From positions 860,658-924,657 of the forward strand of contig NZ_JACDIT010000001.1 of NCBI RefSeq assembly GCF_013839445.1: 64,000 nucleotides of DNA, read 5' to 3'. A program made the position numbers and the translations under genes. The notes below the pieces were generated by a model. The model saw only the letters and a program-made list of their open reading frames with translations. It did no database searches and was not told the DNA's origin. Of this stretch, positions 10,360 to 20,662 are shown one piece after another. Within the stretch, counting starts at the first letter, position 1. The number at the start of each line of letters is the position of its first letter. The stretch comes from Chthonobacter albigriseus (GTDB lineage: Bacteria; Pseudomonadota; Alphaproteobacteria; Rhizobiales; Pleomorphomonadaceae).

Positions 10360-10898
10360 CGCGACAGGGCGGGACGGCGGGGATATGCGGAGTGGGCAGC
10401 CGGGCGACCGAGTACCTTCGGCGTTCTCAACCGGCGTGGTCCGACTGCACGGGGGCGGGACAGTGGGAACGGTGAGGGAAGGGTTCATGGAAAGGAAGCG
10501 ATGACGGCGGAATCCCGCCGGGGTTGCCCAATCAGTATCCAGCCGAGGATTGACTTTTCGGCAGATAAGCACGACTTTGAGGCCCGTTGCTCCATGCGAT
10601 GGGCAGCCGTATCGATTCCTTGGATCCAGTGGCTCCTGCCGACGGCAGCGCACGGACCCAGGCTCCGGGGTGACCGGCGGGCGTTCCAGCGTTCCCCTGC
10701 AGGCACCACATCTCCCAGGGAGACCCGGATACCGAGCGGCGGCCCGCTTCGTGCGGGAAACCGGCGCCCCGGTCCTTCGTTTTCATCGAGGCTTTGTCCG
10801 GCAGCGATGCTTCCATGGCGAAGCGCTCGTCTGCGGCAAATGCCTTGGCGCTTCGAAGCCGATCGCCGTTCGTTGAAACAATAGAGGAGACACGAGCC

Positions 10899-11435
10899 AT
10901 TCGTCGCCCGTTCCGAGCCACTGCGCCGATCAAGGAAGGTCCGCGCGTCAACCGTGAAATCCGAGTTCCGCAGGTCCAGCTGATCGACGAGAACGGCGAG
11001 AACCGTGGGGTCGTCGCGATCCTGGACGCCCTTGCCGCCGCCAACGAGGCCGGGCTCGATCTCGTGGAGATCTCGCCGAACTCTACGCCGCCGGTCTGCA
11101 AGATTCTCGACGTGGGCAAGTTCAAGTACCAGTCGCAGAAGAAGGCCGCCGAAGCGCGCAAGAACCAGAAGACGGTTGAGATCAAAGAGATCAAGATGCG
11201 TCCGAACATCGACACCCACGACTACGAGGTGAAGATGAAGAGCATGCATCGGTTCTTCGAGGAAGGCGACAAGGTCAAGGTGACGCTGCGGTTCCGTGGC
11301 CGCGAGATGGCGCACCAGGACCTGGGCGTGAAGCTTCTGCTGCAAGTGCGCGACGAGACTGCGACCATCGCCAAGGTGGAGAGCGAGCCGCGCCTTGAAG
11401 GCCGCCAGATGGTGATGGTGCTCGCCCCGCGCTGA
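10899..11435 (+). CDS. infC: Translation initiation factor IF-3 with non-canonical ATT start
   Basis: Full-length IF-3 (…[20 protein letters not shown]… through …[12 protein letters not shown]). SD GAGGAGA at 10884-10890, then ATT at 10899 eight nt downstream, matching the conserved AUU autoregulatory start. The ORF track's ATG at 10794 adds a non-homologous 35-aa extension. Confidence 0.85.
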   Translation: MRRPFRATAPIKEGPRVNREIRVPQVQLIDENGENRGVVAILDALAAANEAGLDLVEISPNSTPPVCKILDVGKFKYQSQKKAAEARKNQKTVEIKEIKMRPNIDTHDYEVKMKSMHRFFEEGDKVKVTLRFRGREMAHQDLGVKLLLQVRDETATIAKVESEPRLEGRQMVMVLAPR

Positions 11436-11462
11436 GCGAACGTCGCCCAGTCGAATTTCTGC

Positions 11463-11498
11463 AACGGCGTCGGGCCAACCGGCGCCGTTTCGCTTTTC
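11463..11498 (+). terminator. Putative intrinsic terminator after infC
   Basis: AACGGCG-loop-CGCCGTT stem followed by TCGCTTTTCGG. Confidence 0.4.
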
Positions 11499-11522
11499 GG
11501 GGACAGCGACGGGTCATTTTCG

Positions 11523-11798
11523 CTGTCATACCGACCTCACGAAGTCCTGACCCCTCTGCGTTTGCCAGGTTCGCCGATCGGGGCAGGAGCTGGTCGCAGC
11601 TCGACCGTCCGGTCGAGCAAGAACAGCGACGAACCCGGGCGGATGAACCTGACAAACCCTTCGGGCTCCCCGCTTTTGGCCGACTGCGGCGTCGCGCTCG
11701 GGGCATGGACGGACGTCCATGTCCCCTCCCGCTCCTGGCATTCGGCCAAAATCGGGGAGCGCAGACGGGTCAGGACTTCGTGAGGTCGGTATCAGTAG
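11523..11798. repeat. ~270-bp composite palindromic (MITE-like) element with 33-bp terminal inverted repeats
   Basis: ATACCGACCTCACGAAGTCCTGACCC(C/G)TCTGCG at 11527-11559 matches its reverse complement at 11758-11790 (32/33). The interior holds further hairpins (GCTCGACC-gtcc-GGTCGAGC; GGGGCATGGAC-g-GACGTCCATGTCCCC). The two short six-frame ORFs inside mirror each other (both end ...VRTS). Confidence 0.65.
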
Positions 11799-12469
11799 GG
11801 CGGGTAGCCGAAGATGTCGGTGAAGGCTGCGCGGGCCCGGGCCTCGGCGATCTCGGCCTCCCGAGCGGCCCTCGCCGCATCCATGCGGGCGGAGAAACCA
11901 TCGTCGAAGCCAAAGCGGCGGCTTTGGAGATTGGCGATGCGGTCGCGGATGTCGTCCCGCTCGTCGTCGCTGGCGTCGCGCATGCGGCGGCGCAGGTCGC
12001 GGATCTCGTCGGCGATGCGATCCTCCTCGTTCTCGGCCCGTCTGGCCTCGTCGGCGAGTTCGCGGGCTTCGCTGCGGGCCTGGTAGACGTCGGTGCCGAG
12101 GCCATAGGCGGTGAGGAAGTCGGCGCCGGCGCGGCCGGTACAGACGTTCTCGTAGCTCTTGCCCGCCGACCCGTTGGCAAAGCCGGAGACGGGCGTGCAA
12201 TAATCCTTCAATCCCTCAGACCGGCCGCGCTGCCAGGTGATGGCATCGACGCCGATCTTGTAGCGGGCGCAGGCCTTCTCGTGCTCGGCGAGGATGGCGG
12301 AGGACTTGCCGTTGCGGCCGTCGACGACGCCGATCTGGTACCAGTCGCCGGACTGGCACTGCTCCTTGGAGAGCGTGGAGCAGCCGGCAAGGACGAGGAA
12401 AAGGCCGACCAGCGCGCCCGCACCCGAAAGGGGCGCGGAGCGGCGCGGGCGGGCAACGGGAAAAGACAT
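11792..12469 (-). CDS. Putative lipoprotein with coiled-coil/charged C-terminal region
   Basis: Signal peptide with lipobox LAGC (MSFPVARPRRSAPLSGAGALVGLFLVLAGCS), conserved Cys pairs, and a C-terminal Arg/Asp/Glu-rich repeat region. No enzymatic motif. Confidence 0.65.
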   Translation of the reverse strand: MSFPVARPRRSAPLSGAGALVGLFLVLAGCSTLSKEQCQSGDWYQIGVVDGRNGKSSAILAEHEKACARYKIGVDAITWQRGRSEGLKDYCTPVSGFANGSAGKSYENVCTGRAGADFLTAYGLGTDVYQARSEARELADEARRAENEEDRIADEIRDLRRRMRDASDDERDDIRDRIANLQSRRFGFDDGFSARMDAARAAREAEIAEARARAAFTDIFGYPPY

Positions 12470-12585
12470 GGACGAGCTTTCGGTGACGGTGGGACTTTCG
12501 CGCACCGTCGGCCAAGGTTAACCGGATGTCAACGAGGGCGGAGGAGCCTTCCAAGGGGGCCGGCAGCAGGAGCGGGACGACGGCG

Positions 12586-13467
12586 ATGAGGCAGACGACG
12601 AGACGGGTGCTGGCGCTTGTCGCCGTTGCGGTAGCCATGCTGCCGGGACCGGCGGGCGCGGTGGACGAACGGCCGGCCAAGGAGCTGTTCGGCGCAGCGC
12701 GGACGCCCGCCGTGCTGGAAGCGCGGTCGATCGGCAGCTATGCCCGCGGGTGCCTGGCCGGCGCGCAGGCGCTGCCGGTGAACGGGGCGCGATGGCAGGT
12801 GATGCGCTTGTCGCGCAACCGCAACTGGGGCCACCCGGCGCTGGTGGCATACCTGGAGACTCTCGCCGGCAAGGCGCCCTCGGTCGGCTGGCGCGGGCTC
12901 CTGGTGGGCGACATGGCGCAGCCGCGCGGCGGGCCGATGCTGACCGGACACGCCAGCCACCAGATCGGGCTCGACGCGGACATCTGGCTGACGCCGATGC
13001 CGGACCGGGAGCTGACCCGGCAGGAGCGCGAAACGATCTCGGCGACGTCGATGCTGAGCGGCAAGGGCAAGGGGCCCTACGTGGACCCCGCGGTGTGGAC
13101 GGCGGCGCATGCGGCGATCATCCGCGCGGCGGCAAGCGACCGGGCGGTGGCGCGGGTGTTCGTCAACCCGGGGATCAAGAAGGCGCTCTGCGAGGGGGCG
13201 AGCGGCAACCGGAGCTGGCTGCGCAAGGTGCGGCCCTGGTGGGGGCACGACTACCACTTCCACGTCCGGCTCGCCTGCCCGTCGGGTGCGGTGGGCTGCA
13301 AAGACCAGGACGCCCCGCCGCCGGGAGACGGCTGCGGGGACGAACTGGCGGAGTGGTTCAAGCCGCCGGAGCCGGCGAAGAAGCCGGAGAAGCCGGCCAG
13401 GAAGCCGCGTCCGGTGACGCTGAAAGACCTGCCGCCGGCCTGCAGCCAGGTGCTCGTCTCCAATTGA
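12586..13467 (+). CDS. mepA: Penicillin-insensitive murein endopeptidase (LAS metallopeptidase)
   Basis: Signal peptide, then MepA-like motifs (GHASHQIGLDADIW; WGHDYHFHVRL with the His zinc ligands). Confidence 0.8.
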   Translation: MRQTTRRVLALVAVAVAMLPGPAGAVDERPAKELFGAARTPAVLEARSIGSYARGCLAGAQALPVNGARWQVMRLSRNRNWGHPALVAYLETLAGKAPSVGWRGLLVGDMAQPRGGPMLTGHASHQIGLDADIWLTPMPDRELTRQERETISATSMLSGKGKGPYVDPAVWTAAHAAIIRAAASDRAVARVFVNPGIKKALCEGASGNRSWLRKVRPWWGHDYHFHVRLACPSGAVGCKDQDAPPPGDGCGDELAEWFKPPEPAKKPEKPARKPRPVTLKDLPPACSQVLVSN

Positions 13468-13473
13468 CCCGGG

Positions 13474-13653
13474 TCAGTTGCCGTGGCTGCGGCGGTTCTC
13501 CGCCTCGTAGACCTCGTGCGAGCCGATCTCGCCGGCTCGCTTCTCGCCCACTGTGCGATGGCGGTTGCGCATGATGCCGTAGACGAACCCGGCGCCGAGC
13601 AGCGCCGCGCCGCCGGCAGTGACGATCAGCCAAAGAAAGGAATATCCGTCCAT
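13474..13653 (-). CDS. Small (59 aa) single-TM membrane protein, not in the ORF track (below 60-aa cutoff)
   Basis: ATG preceded by GGAGAC SD. Product is MDGYSFLWLIVTAGGAALLGAGFVYGIMRNRHRTVGEKRAGEIGSHEVYEAENRRSHGN, one TM helix plus a charged tail. It lies convergent to mepA, immediately downstream of pheT, with its SD inside an 11-bp hairpin. Confidence 0.5.
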   Translation of the reverse strand: MDGYSFLWLIVTAGGAALLGAGFVYGIMRNRHRTVGEKRAGEIGSHEVYEAENRRSHGN

Positions 13654-13719
13654 GATCGAGTCTCCGTTCTCCCTCGTTGAAGGGAGAACGGTCTCGGACG
13701 GGCGCTGTTCCCTTCAGCT

Positions 13720-16143
13720 TCAGCCGCGCAGCGTCGCACCCGTCGCCTTGGAGACCGCGGCGACGATCGCCTGGGAAGCCGCCTCGATCTCCTCCTCCGT
13801 CAGCGTCTTCTCCGACGGGACGAGGGTGACTTCGATGGCGACGGACTTGCGGCCTTCGCCAACGTGCTCGCCGCGGAAGACGTCGAACACCTGGACACCG
13901 CCGACGAGGCCCTTGCGGGCGCCCTCGGCCGCCTTGAGGATGCGGGCGGCTTCCACGTCGTCGGCGACAATGAAGGCAAAGTCGCGCCGGACGGGCATCA
14001 GGTCGGAGGCGGCGAGGACCGGCTTGGCCTTGCTCGCCTTGGCCTTCGGCTGCGGGATCTTCTCCAGGATGATCTCGGCGGCGACGATCGGCCCGGCGAC
14101 GTCGAGCGCCTCCAGGACGGCGGGGTGCAGTTCGCCGAAGTGGCCGATCACCGTTTGCGGGCCGAGCTGGATCGTGCCGGACCGGCCGGGGTGGAACCAG
14201 GACGGGGCGGTGCGGACGACCTGCGCCTTGGAAACGTCGAAGCCGAGGGCGTCCAGGAGCGCGAAAGCGTCGGCCTTGGCATCGTAGACGGTGACGGGAC
14301 CGGACGCGCCGCTCCAGTGGCGGCCGCTGCCGATAAGGCGGGCAGTGCCGCGGCGGATGGCGGTGGCGGCGGTGGACTGGTCCTCCGGACGGTCGCCGGC
14401 GAAGATCTGGCCCACCTCGAAGAGGGCGAGGTCGCCGAAGCCGCGGTCGGCGTTGCGGCGGGCCGCGGCGACGAGACCGGGGATCAGGCTCGGGCGCATG
14501 TCGCTCATGTCGGCGGAGATCGGGTTGGCAAGCTTCAGCGCCGGCGCGCCGCCGCCGAACAGCGTCGCCTGGGCCTCCGAGACGAAGGACCAGGTCACCG
14601 CCTCCACGAGACCTTCGGCGGCCAGCACGCGCTTGGCGCGGCGGGTGCGGATCTGGATCGGGGTCAACACCTTGGCGGAGACGCTGGCGAGACGCGGCAG
14701 GGGCGTGGAGCGGACCGCGTCGAGGCCGATGATGCGGACCACCTCCTCGACGAGATCGGCCTTGCCCTCGATGTCCGGGCGCCAGGACGGCACGGTAACT
14801 GCGAGGTCGTGGCCGAAGCCGGCGACGCCGAAGCCGAGTGCCTCCAGGACGGCGCGGACCTCGGCGATCGGCAGGTCGAGGCCGGAGAGACGCTTGACCT
14901 CGGAAACTGGGAAGTCGACGACCTTGACCACGACGGGCGGCTGGCCGGCCATCACGGCCTCGGACGGCTCGCCGCCGCAGAGCTCGATGACCATCATGGT
15001 CGCAAGCTCCAGGCCGGCGAGGACGAAGGCCGGGTCGACCCCGCGCTCGAAGCGGTAGCGCGCGTCGGAGTTGATACCGAGCTTGCGGCCGGTTCGGGCG
15101 GTGCGGTTCGGGTCGAAGTAGGCGCTCTCGATGAAGACGTCGGTGGTTGCCTCGGTGGAGCCGGAGGCCTCGCCGCCGATGATGCCGCCGAGGCCGAGGA
15201 CACCGGCGTCGTCGGCGATCACCGTCATCGTCTCGTCGACGGCGTAGGTCTTGCCGTCGAGCGCGAGGAAGCTCTCGCCGGCGCGGCCGAGGCGGGCGTG
15301 GACGGTGCCGGTGAGCCTGGCGGCATCGTAGACGTGCAGCGGACGGCCGCGGTCGTAGGAGACATAGTTGGTGATGTCGACGAGCGCGGATATCGGGCGG
15401 AGGCCGACGGCCTTCAGGCGGTCCTGCAGCCACTTGGGCGAGGGGCCGTTGCGGACCCCGCGAACGAGGCGGCCGGCGAACACCGGGCAGGCATTCTCCG
15501 CCGTCTCCGGGAAGCGCAGCGCGACCGGCACCGGGCACGGATAGGCGCCGCGGACCATCTCCACGGTGTCGGGCTTCAGCCGGCCAAGGCCGCGGGCGGC
15601 GAGATCGCGGGCGATGCCGCGCACGCCGAGGCAGTCGGGCCGGTTCGGGGTGATGGCGATCTCGATGACGGGATCGCCGAGGCCGAGGTAGTCGGCGAAG
15701 GAGGTGCCGACGGGGGCGTCCGCGGGCAGCTCGATGATGCCGTCGTGGGCCTCCGACATCAGGAGCTCGCGCTCGGAGCACATCATGCCGCGGGATTCGA
15801 AGCCGCGGATAGTGCCGACGGCAAGGTCGATGCCGGTGCCGGGAATATGAGTTCCCGGCGCGGCGAAGACGCCGACGAGGCCGGCGCGGGCGTTGGGAGC
15901 GCCGCAGACCACCTGGACGGGCTCGCCGCCGCGGCCGTCGTCGACGGTGAGGACGCGCAGCTTGTCGGCGTTGGGGTGCTTGTCGGCGGTGAGCACCCTG
16001 GCGATCGTGAAGGGCTTGATGGCGGCCGAGGGGTCGGAGACGCCCTCCACCTCCAGGCCGATCATCGTCAGCGCCTCGACGACGTCATTGAGGGAGGCCT
16101 CGGTGTCGAGGTGATCCTTGAGCCAGGAAAGGGTGAATTTCAT
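13720..16143 (-). CDS. pheT: Phenylalanine--tRNA ligase beta subunit
   Basis: 807 aa starting [14 protein letters not shown]; tRNA-binding, B3/B4 and B5 domains; full-length PheT. Confidence 0.95.
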   Translation of the reverse strand: MKFTLSWLKDHLDTEASLNDVVEALTMIGLEVEGVSDPSAAIKPFTIARVLTADKHPNADKLRVLTVDDGRGGEPVQVVCGAPNARAGLVGVFAAPGTHIPGTGIDLAVGTIRGFESRGMMCSERELLMSEAHDGIIELPADAPVGTSFADYLGLGDPVIEIAITPNRPDCLGVRGIARDLAARGLGRLKPDTVEMVRGAYPCPVPVALRFPETAENACPVFAGRLVRGVRNGPSPKWLQDRLKAVGLRPISALVDITNYVSYDRGRPLHVYDAARLTGTVHARLGRAGESFLALDGKTYAVDETMTVIADDAGVLGLGGIIGGEASGSTEATTDVFIESAYFDPNRTARTGRKLGINSDARYRFERGVDPAFVLAGLELATMMVIELCGGEPSEAVMAGQPPVVVKVVDFPVSEVKRLSGLDLPIAEVRAVLEALGFGVAGFGHDLAVTVPSWRPDIEGKADLVEEVVRIIGLDAVRSTPLPRLASVSAKVLTPIQIRTRRAKRVLAAEGLVEAVTWSFVSEAQATLFGGGAPALKLANPISADMSDMRPSLIPGLVAAARRNADRGFGDLALFEVGQIFAGDRPEDQSTAATAIRRGTARLIGSGRHWSGASGPVTVYDAKADAFALLDALGFDVSKAQVVRTAPSWFHPGRSGTIQLGPQTVIGHFGELHPAVLEALDVAGPIVAAEIILEKIPQPKAKASKAKPVLAASDLMPVRRDFAFIVADDVEAARILKAAEGARKGLVGGVQVFDVFRGEHVGEGRKSVAIEVTLVPSEKTLTEEEIEAASQAIVAAVSKATGATLRG

Positions 16144-16168
16144 CGGTCGGTCGTCCGGTTCGGTTCGA

Positions 16169-17251
16169 TCAGCTCGTCAGCCCGCCGAGGAGGTTCGGCA
16201 GGTCAAGGGGGCGGAAGCCGTAGTGCTTCAGCCAGCGGACGTCGGCGTCGAAGAAGGCGCGCAGGTCAGGCATGCCGTATTTCAGCATGGCGATGCGGTC
16301 GATCCCCATGCCCCAGGCGAAGCCCTGGACCTCGTCGGGATCGAGGCCGCAGTTGCGGATCACGTTGGGGTGGACCATGCCGCAGCCGAGGATCTCCAGC
16401 CAGTCGTCGCCCTCGCCGATGCGGATCTCCGAGCCGGAGCGACGGCAGCCGACGTCGACCTCCATGGACGGTTCCGTGAAGGGGAAGAAGGACGGGCGGA
16501 AGCGCGTCTTGACGTGGTCGACCTCGAAGAAGGCCTTGAGGAACTCCTCCAGGATCCATTTGAGGTGGCCGAAGTGGCTGGAGCGGTCGATCACCAGACC
16601 TTCGACCTGGTGGAACATCGGCGTGTGAGTCGCGTCGCTGTCGCAGCGGTAGGTGCGGCCGGGGATGACGACGCGGATCGGCGGCGGCTGGCTGATCATC
16701 GTGCGAATCTGCACCGGGGACGTGTGCGTGCGCAGCAGGAGACGCGAGCCGTCCTCCTTCGGGTTGAAGAAGAAGGTGTCGTGCATCTCCCGCGCCGGAT
16801 GATCGGCCGGGAAGTTGAGGGCGGTGAAGTTGTAGTGGTCGGTCTCGATGTCCGGGCCTTCGGCGACGGAAAAGCCCATGTCGGCGAAGATGGCGGTGAT
16901 CTCGTCGATGACCTGACTGATGGGGTGGATGCGACCCTCCGACAGCGGGCCGGGCCGGACGGGCAGCGTGACGTCCACCGTCTCGCGGGACAGGCGGGCC
17001 TCGATGGCGGCCCGCCTCAGCACGCCGCGGCGGTCGGCGATGGCGGCGGCGACGCGATCCTTGGCCTCGTTGATGGCGGCGCCGCGCGTGCGACGCTCGT
17101 CCGGCGACATGGCGCCGAGGGTCTTCAGGAGTTCTGAGATCGAGCCCTTCTTGCCGAGGGCAGCGACGCGCACGCCCTCCAGCGCCGCTTCGTCGGCGGC
17201 GCCGTCGACGGCGGCAAGAATTTCGGTTTCCAGGCTGGCGAGATCGGACAT
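16169..17251 (-). CDS. pheS: Phenylalanine--tRNA ligase alpha subunit
   Basis: 360 aa from [12 protein letters not shown] with class II aaRS motifs. The upstream 29 codons of the ORF are not conserved. Confidence 0.92.
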   Translation of the reverse strand: MSDLASLETEILAAVDGAADEAALEGVRVAALGKKGSISELLKTLGAMSPDERRTRGAAINEAKDRVAAAIADRRGVLRRAAIEARLSRETVDVTLPVRPGPLSEGRIHPISQVIDEITAIFADMGFSVAEGPDIETDHYNFTALNFPADHPAREMHDTFFFNPKEDGSRLLLRTHTSPVQIRTMISQPPPIRVVIPGRTYRCDSDATHTPMFHQVEGLVIDRSSHFGHLKWILEEFLKAFFEVDHVKTRFRPSFFPFTEPSMEVDVGCRRSGSEIRIGEGDDWLEILGCGMVHPNVIRNCGLDPDEVQGFAWGMGIDRIAMLKYGMPDLRAFFDADVRWLKHYGFRPLDLPNLLGGLTS

Positions 17252-17420
17252 GACGGATGCTGGCTTTCGTGTTGGTCGGGCGGGTTCTATCGCGGAAAAC
17301 ACGACCCTGCCACTTCGTTCTTCGATCGACCGGGACAAGAAAAAGGCGGCGCACCGACCGGTACGCCGCCCTTGATCTCCAGCGACCGGTCTTCAGACCG
17401 GCCCGTCCTCATCACGACGG

Positions 17421-17786
17421 TCAGACCGCCGCGGCACGGGCCTTTTCGACCAGCGCCTTAAAGCTTTCCGGCTCGCGGATCGCGATGTCGGAGAGCACCT
17501 TGCGGTCCACCGCGATGCCCGCCTTGGCGAGCAGGTCGATGAAGCGGGCATAGGTGAGCTCGCCGCCGGTCACGTCACGGACGGCCGCGTTGATGCGCTG
17601 GATCCAGAGAGCGCGGAAGTTGCGCTTCTTGGCCCGGCGGTCCCGGGTGGCATACTGCATCGCGCGATCGACGGCCGCCTTGGCGGTACGGATCGTGTTC
17701 TTGCGACGGCCACGGAAGCCCTTCGCCTGAGCGAGGACCTTCTTGTGCTTGGCATGGGCTGTGACGCCCCGCTTAACGCGCGCCAT
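17421..17786 (-). CDS. rplT: 50S ribosomal protein L20
   Basis: [18 protein letters not shown]… canonical L20. Confidence 0.97.
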   Translation of the reverse strand: MARVKRGVTAHAKHKKVLAQAKGFRGRRKNTIRTAKAAVDRAMQYATRDRRAKKRNFRALWIQRINAAVRDVTGGELTYARFIDLLAKAGIAVDRKVLSDIAIREPESFKALVEKARAAAV

Positions 17787-17825
17787 GGTTCAGATCTCCT
17801 GATTGGTGTCCGATAGCGCGAGGGG

Positions 17826-18026
17826 TCAGCCGTTGCGCAGGAAGTTCTTCTTGATGATCTTGGCGTCGGCGTCGCTGAGCACCGTGGTGCCGCGCGCCTG
17901 GCGGATGAACTTGGTCGTCCGCTTGATCATCCCGTGACGCTTGCCGGCCTGGGCGGATTTCACCCGGCCGTTGGCGGTGATCTTGAAGCGCTTCTTGGCG
18001 CCGGACTTGGTCTTCAACTTGGGCAT
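17826..18026 (-). CDS. rpmI: 50S ribosomal protein L35
   Basis: [23 protein letters not shown]… canonical L35. Confidence 0.97.
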   Translation of the reverse strand: MPKLKTKSGAKKRFKITANGRVKSAQAGKRHGMIKRTTKFIRQARGTTVLSDADAKIIKKNFLRNG

Positions 18027-18638
18027 TTTGCTCGTTTCCGAGTGCTATCGGGATCGGCCGAAGCCGTCACCGGTTGTCCTTTGTCCGAACCCATGGGCGC
18101 GTTCCGGCCACGGCCTTGCCGAGGCTGAAACCGACCGGTCGTCCGGGGTTGAGCGTTCGAGGCCGCCACGGCATGCCCTTGGGAACGGAGAACCGCCCCC
18201 GAGCCGGTCGACCCGAAGTGCGCGCGTTCTAGCGGAACACGGGGAAAAGTGCAAGTCGCCGGTGATCATGGCAGCAGCGCCGAGGACGGACCATCGGATA
18301 TCGATCCGCATATTTGACGATGTTCCGGCCTTCCATCAGCTTTGACGCCGAGGGAGGCGGAAGCAGCAGCGCCGATCCAGCGGCGCGCCCGGGGAGGATG
18401 GGCCACCCCGGCCGTGGCGACGGCCTCGCCCTCCGTGGAGGAGTCCGGCCATGTCGCGAAGGCGATGGAAGCTGGAGGTTCACCTGGCCAGAGATGCGGA
18501 CCGCTGGATTGTAACGGTCCGCATCACACTGGTGAGATGAGCATAGGGGCGGGGAGTTCGCAGCTTCCCGTCCCACTCCTGCAGTTTAGCAGAAAATGAC
18601 GAGGGATCAACGCTGGGCACTGCTCCGCCAAGGCTGAC

Positions 18639-20531
18639 CTAGAGGGATGGGCGCAATCCCAGCCGGCCAGGCGTGCCGGTGACGGAGAGCGCGTCGATGC
18701 GTACGGACGGATCGGCGCCGTCGATGCGGTAGACGAGAATGCTGTCGGTCACGCGGAGGGGTAGCAGCCAAGCGGGCGCGGCTCCGTTCAGGACGCGGGC
18801 GAGAAGGCCGTCCGGCGCCTTCTTTGTCACCGGCGGGTTGGCGCGATCGGCTCTGCAGACGGCAAGGTAGGTGGCACCGAGGCGGGACAGCAGCGTTCGA
18901 TCCGGCCCCGCCGGGGCGGTGAGGATCTCCTCCATGGCGATGATGCCCTCGCCGCCGCGATGGTAGGGCGCGGCGTAAACGCTGTGCTCGGTGCGGAAGA
19001 GGAGAAAAGCGCCGAGCATGACGGTGGCTGCGACCTTGCCGGGCGGCTCGGCGGAGAGGGTTTCGCCGAGTTCGACGCGGCAGGTGCCGAAATCGGCGTA
19101 TTCGGCGGTGCGCCGGTCCGCGGTTTCGTCGATCCACGGCAACAGCAGGAAGAACCAAGCGATCGGCGCCAGAGGAAGCCAGATGGATCGCTTCAGCACC
19201 GCCAGGAGGCCGGTTTCGCCGCGGTGGCGCTGCCAGACGAGGCCTACGGCCGCGGCACCAAGGGCGACGGCGAGCGACTGGGCAGGGACGGTACCGCGGA
19301 TCTGAAAGGTTCCGACCGCGAGGCAGGCGGCGATCAGGCCGATAAGGCAGGCGAAGCCGATCCGGTCGGACCGGGCGAGTTTGCGGCCGACAACAGCGGC
19401 AACCACGCAGGCAAGGACCGGAGGGCCGAAGAGGATGGGAACCGTCGTCGGGTCGTTGCTCCAGACGATGAAGATGTTCTGCGCCTCGGTGGTGAGATCC
19501 AGCCAGATCGGCTGGAGCGCCGGATCGACGCCGGCATACGGGCCGCCAAGACAGAGCGGGAAATAGAGCGCGGCAATCCAGATCACGAAGGCGCCGACGG
19601 CCGCCAGCGCGCCGCCGCGGATGAGCATGCCGGCACGACCGTCGCCCGGTTCGCCGCGCAGCAGCGAAGCGACCGCGGCCAGACCGAGGCCGCTGATGCC
19701 GGCCGAGACCAGGTAGACGGGCGAGAGGGCGTCGCAGGCAAGGGCCGACCAGCGGTCCGGCCCGACCGTGGCGAAGAAGAGTGCGGCTGTGGAAAGCGCG
19801 AAGGCAACGCCGAAGCCGGTCGCAGCGCTGCGGTAGCGCCGTCCGTCGAACACCCAGGCGAGGCTGAGGCCGGCGGCGGCTATGGCAACGGCGTGGATCA
19901 CCTCCATGCCGATGGCGAGGCTGAGTCCGGCCATAAACCCTGCCAGCGCGCCGGCGCGCCAGCCGCCTGCGGCGCGGACGAGGCCGGCGACCATCCAGGC
20001 GATCAGGATGGCCTGGACGTTGTGGTGGTCGACGCGGCCGGGCAGGAAGATGCCGCCCACGGACGGGGAAACCAGGAACAGCGGGATGACCCAGAACGCG
20101 CCCGTCCAACCGGCGAAGCGGTGGGCGATGGCGGCGAGGCCGGCCAGGAAGGGCACGACGAGCAGCGGCGGCCAGAGGTTGACGGCGAGGCGTTCGGCCT
20201 CGGCGGGGCCAAGAGTCGGCTCCAAGGCGAGGATCAGGCCGGCGATGGGGGCATCGACCAGGCGCGACCAGTGCATGAAGACGCCATCGGGCGGGAAGAG
20301 GCGCGGCTGGAGGAGATCGTACCAGCCCTGGCCAGCGAGGAAGTCGCGGACCTCCACGATCCGCATCAGGCTGTCGGGATCGTCGAAACCATTCGCAATG
20401 GTTGCGTGCCAGCCGTGGAGGGCCAGGAGAAGCGCCGTCGCGAGACTGGCGAGCGCGAACAGGACAGGGGACGAGGGGCGCGCGGCCATTGGCAAGGCAT
20501 CCGCGGAGAGGGCGCCGGGTTTGAAGACCAT
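18639..20531 (-). CDS. Large polytopic membrane protein (>=12 TM), possible lipid-linked glycosyltransferase/ArnT-PMT-like
   Basis: 631 aa from MVFKPGALSADALPMAARPSSPVLFALASL. Many TM helices. Divergent from a GtrA-like gene. No soluble catalytic domain recognised, so function is inferred from topology and context only. Confidence 0.55.
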   Translation of the reverse strand: MVFKPGALSADALPMAARPSSPVLFALASLATALLLALHGWHATIANGFDDPDSLMRIVEVRDFLAGQGWYDLLQPRLFPPDGVFMHWSRLVDAPIAGLILALEPTLGPAEAERLAVNLWPPLLVVPFLAGLAAIAHRFAGWTGAFWVIPLFLVSPSVGGIFLPGRVDHHNVQAILIAWMVAGLVRAAGGWRAGALAGFMAGLSLAIGMEVIHAVAIAAAGLSLAWVFDGRRYRSAATGFGVAFALSTAALFFATVGPDRWSALACDALSPVYLVSAGISGLGLAAVASLLRGEPGDGRAGMLIRGGALAAVGAFVIWIAALYFPLCLGGPYAGVDPALQPIWLDLTTEAQNIFIVWSNDPTTVPILFGPPVLACVVAAVVGRKLARSDRIGFACLIGLIAACLAVGTFQIRGTVPAQSLAVALGAAAVGLVWQRHRGETGLLAVLKRSIWLPLAPIAWFFLLLPWIDETADRRTAEYADFGTCRVELGETLSAEPPGKVAATVMLGAFLLFRTEHSVYAAPYHRGGEGIIAMEEILTAPAGPDRTLLSRLGATYLAVCRADRANPPVTKKAPDGLLARVLNGAAPAWLLPLRVTDSILVYRIDGADPSVRIDALSVTGTPGRLGLRPSL

Positions 20532-20662
20532 TGACCAAGAACCGAGCTTCGGGAGAAGGAGGAGGGCTTCCTCGCGTCCGGTTAGCCTGCCCTTAACAGG
20601 ATGGAGAAAGGGTAAAGGCGCGCCGCGATCGTGCGGCCTTCTTGAAAAGGAACGGGCAAGGA

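Noticed and set aside
10087-11345. Several ORFs (188, 286, 227, 127 aa) in the hydrolase/infC spacer and antisense to infC
   Set aside because: Span the REP-like repeats or lie antisense to infC; no start/SD context; low-complexity products.
13358-15781. 807-aa minus-strand ORF rich in Arg/Pro/Gly
   Set aside because: Alternative frame overlapping pheT on the same strand. Low-complexity RPRG composition typical of GC3-frame artefacts. pheT fully explains the region.
13864-16479. 871-aa plus-strand ORF
   Set aside because: Antisense to pheT/pheS; Gly/Ala/Asp/Arg low complexity; no motifs.
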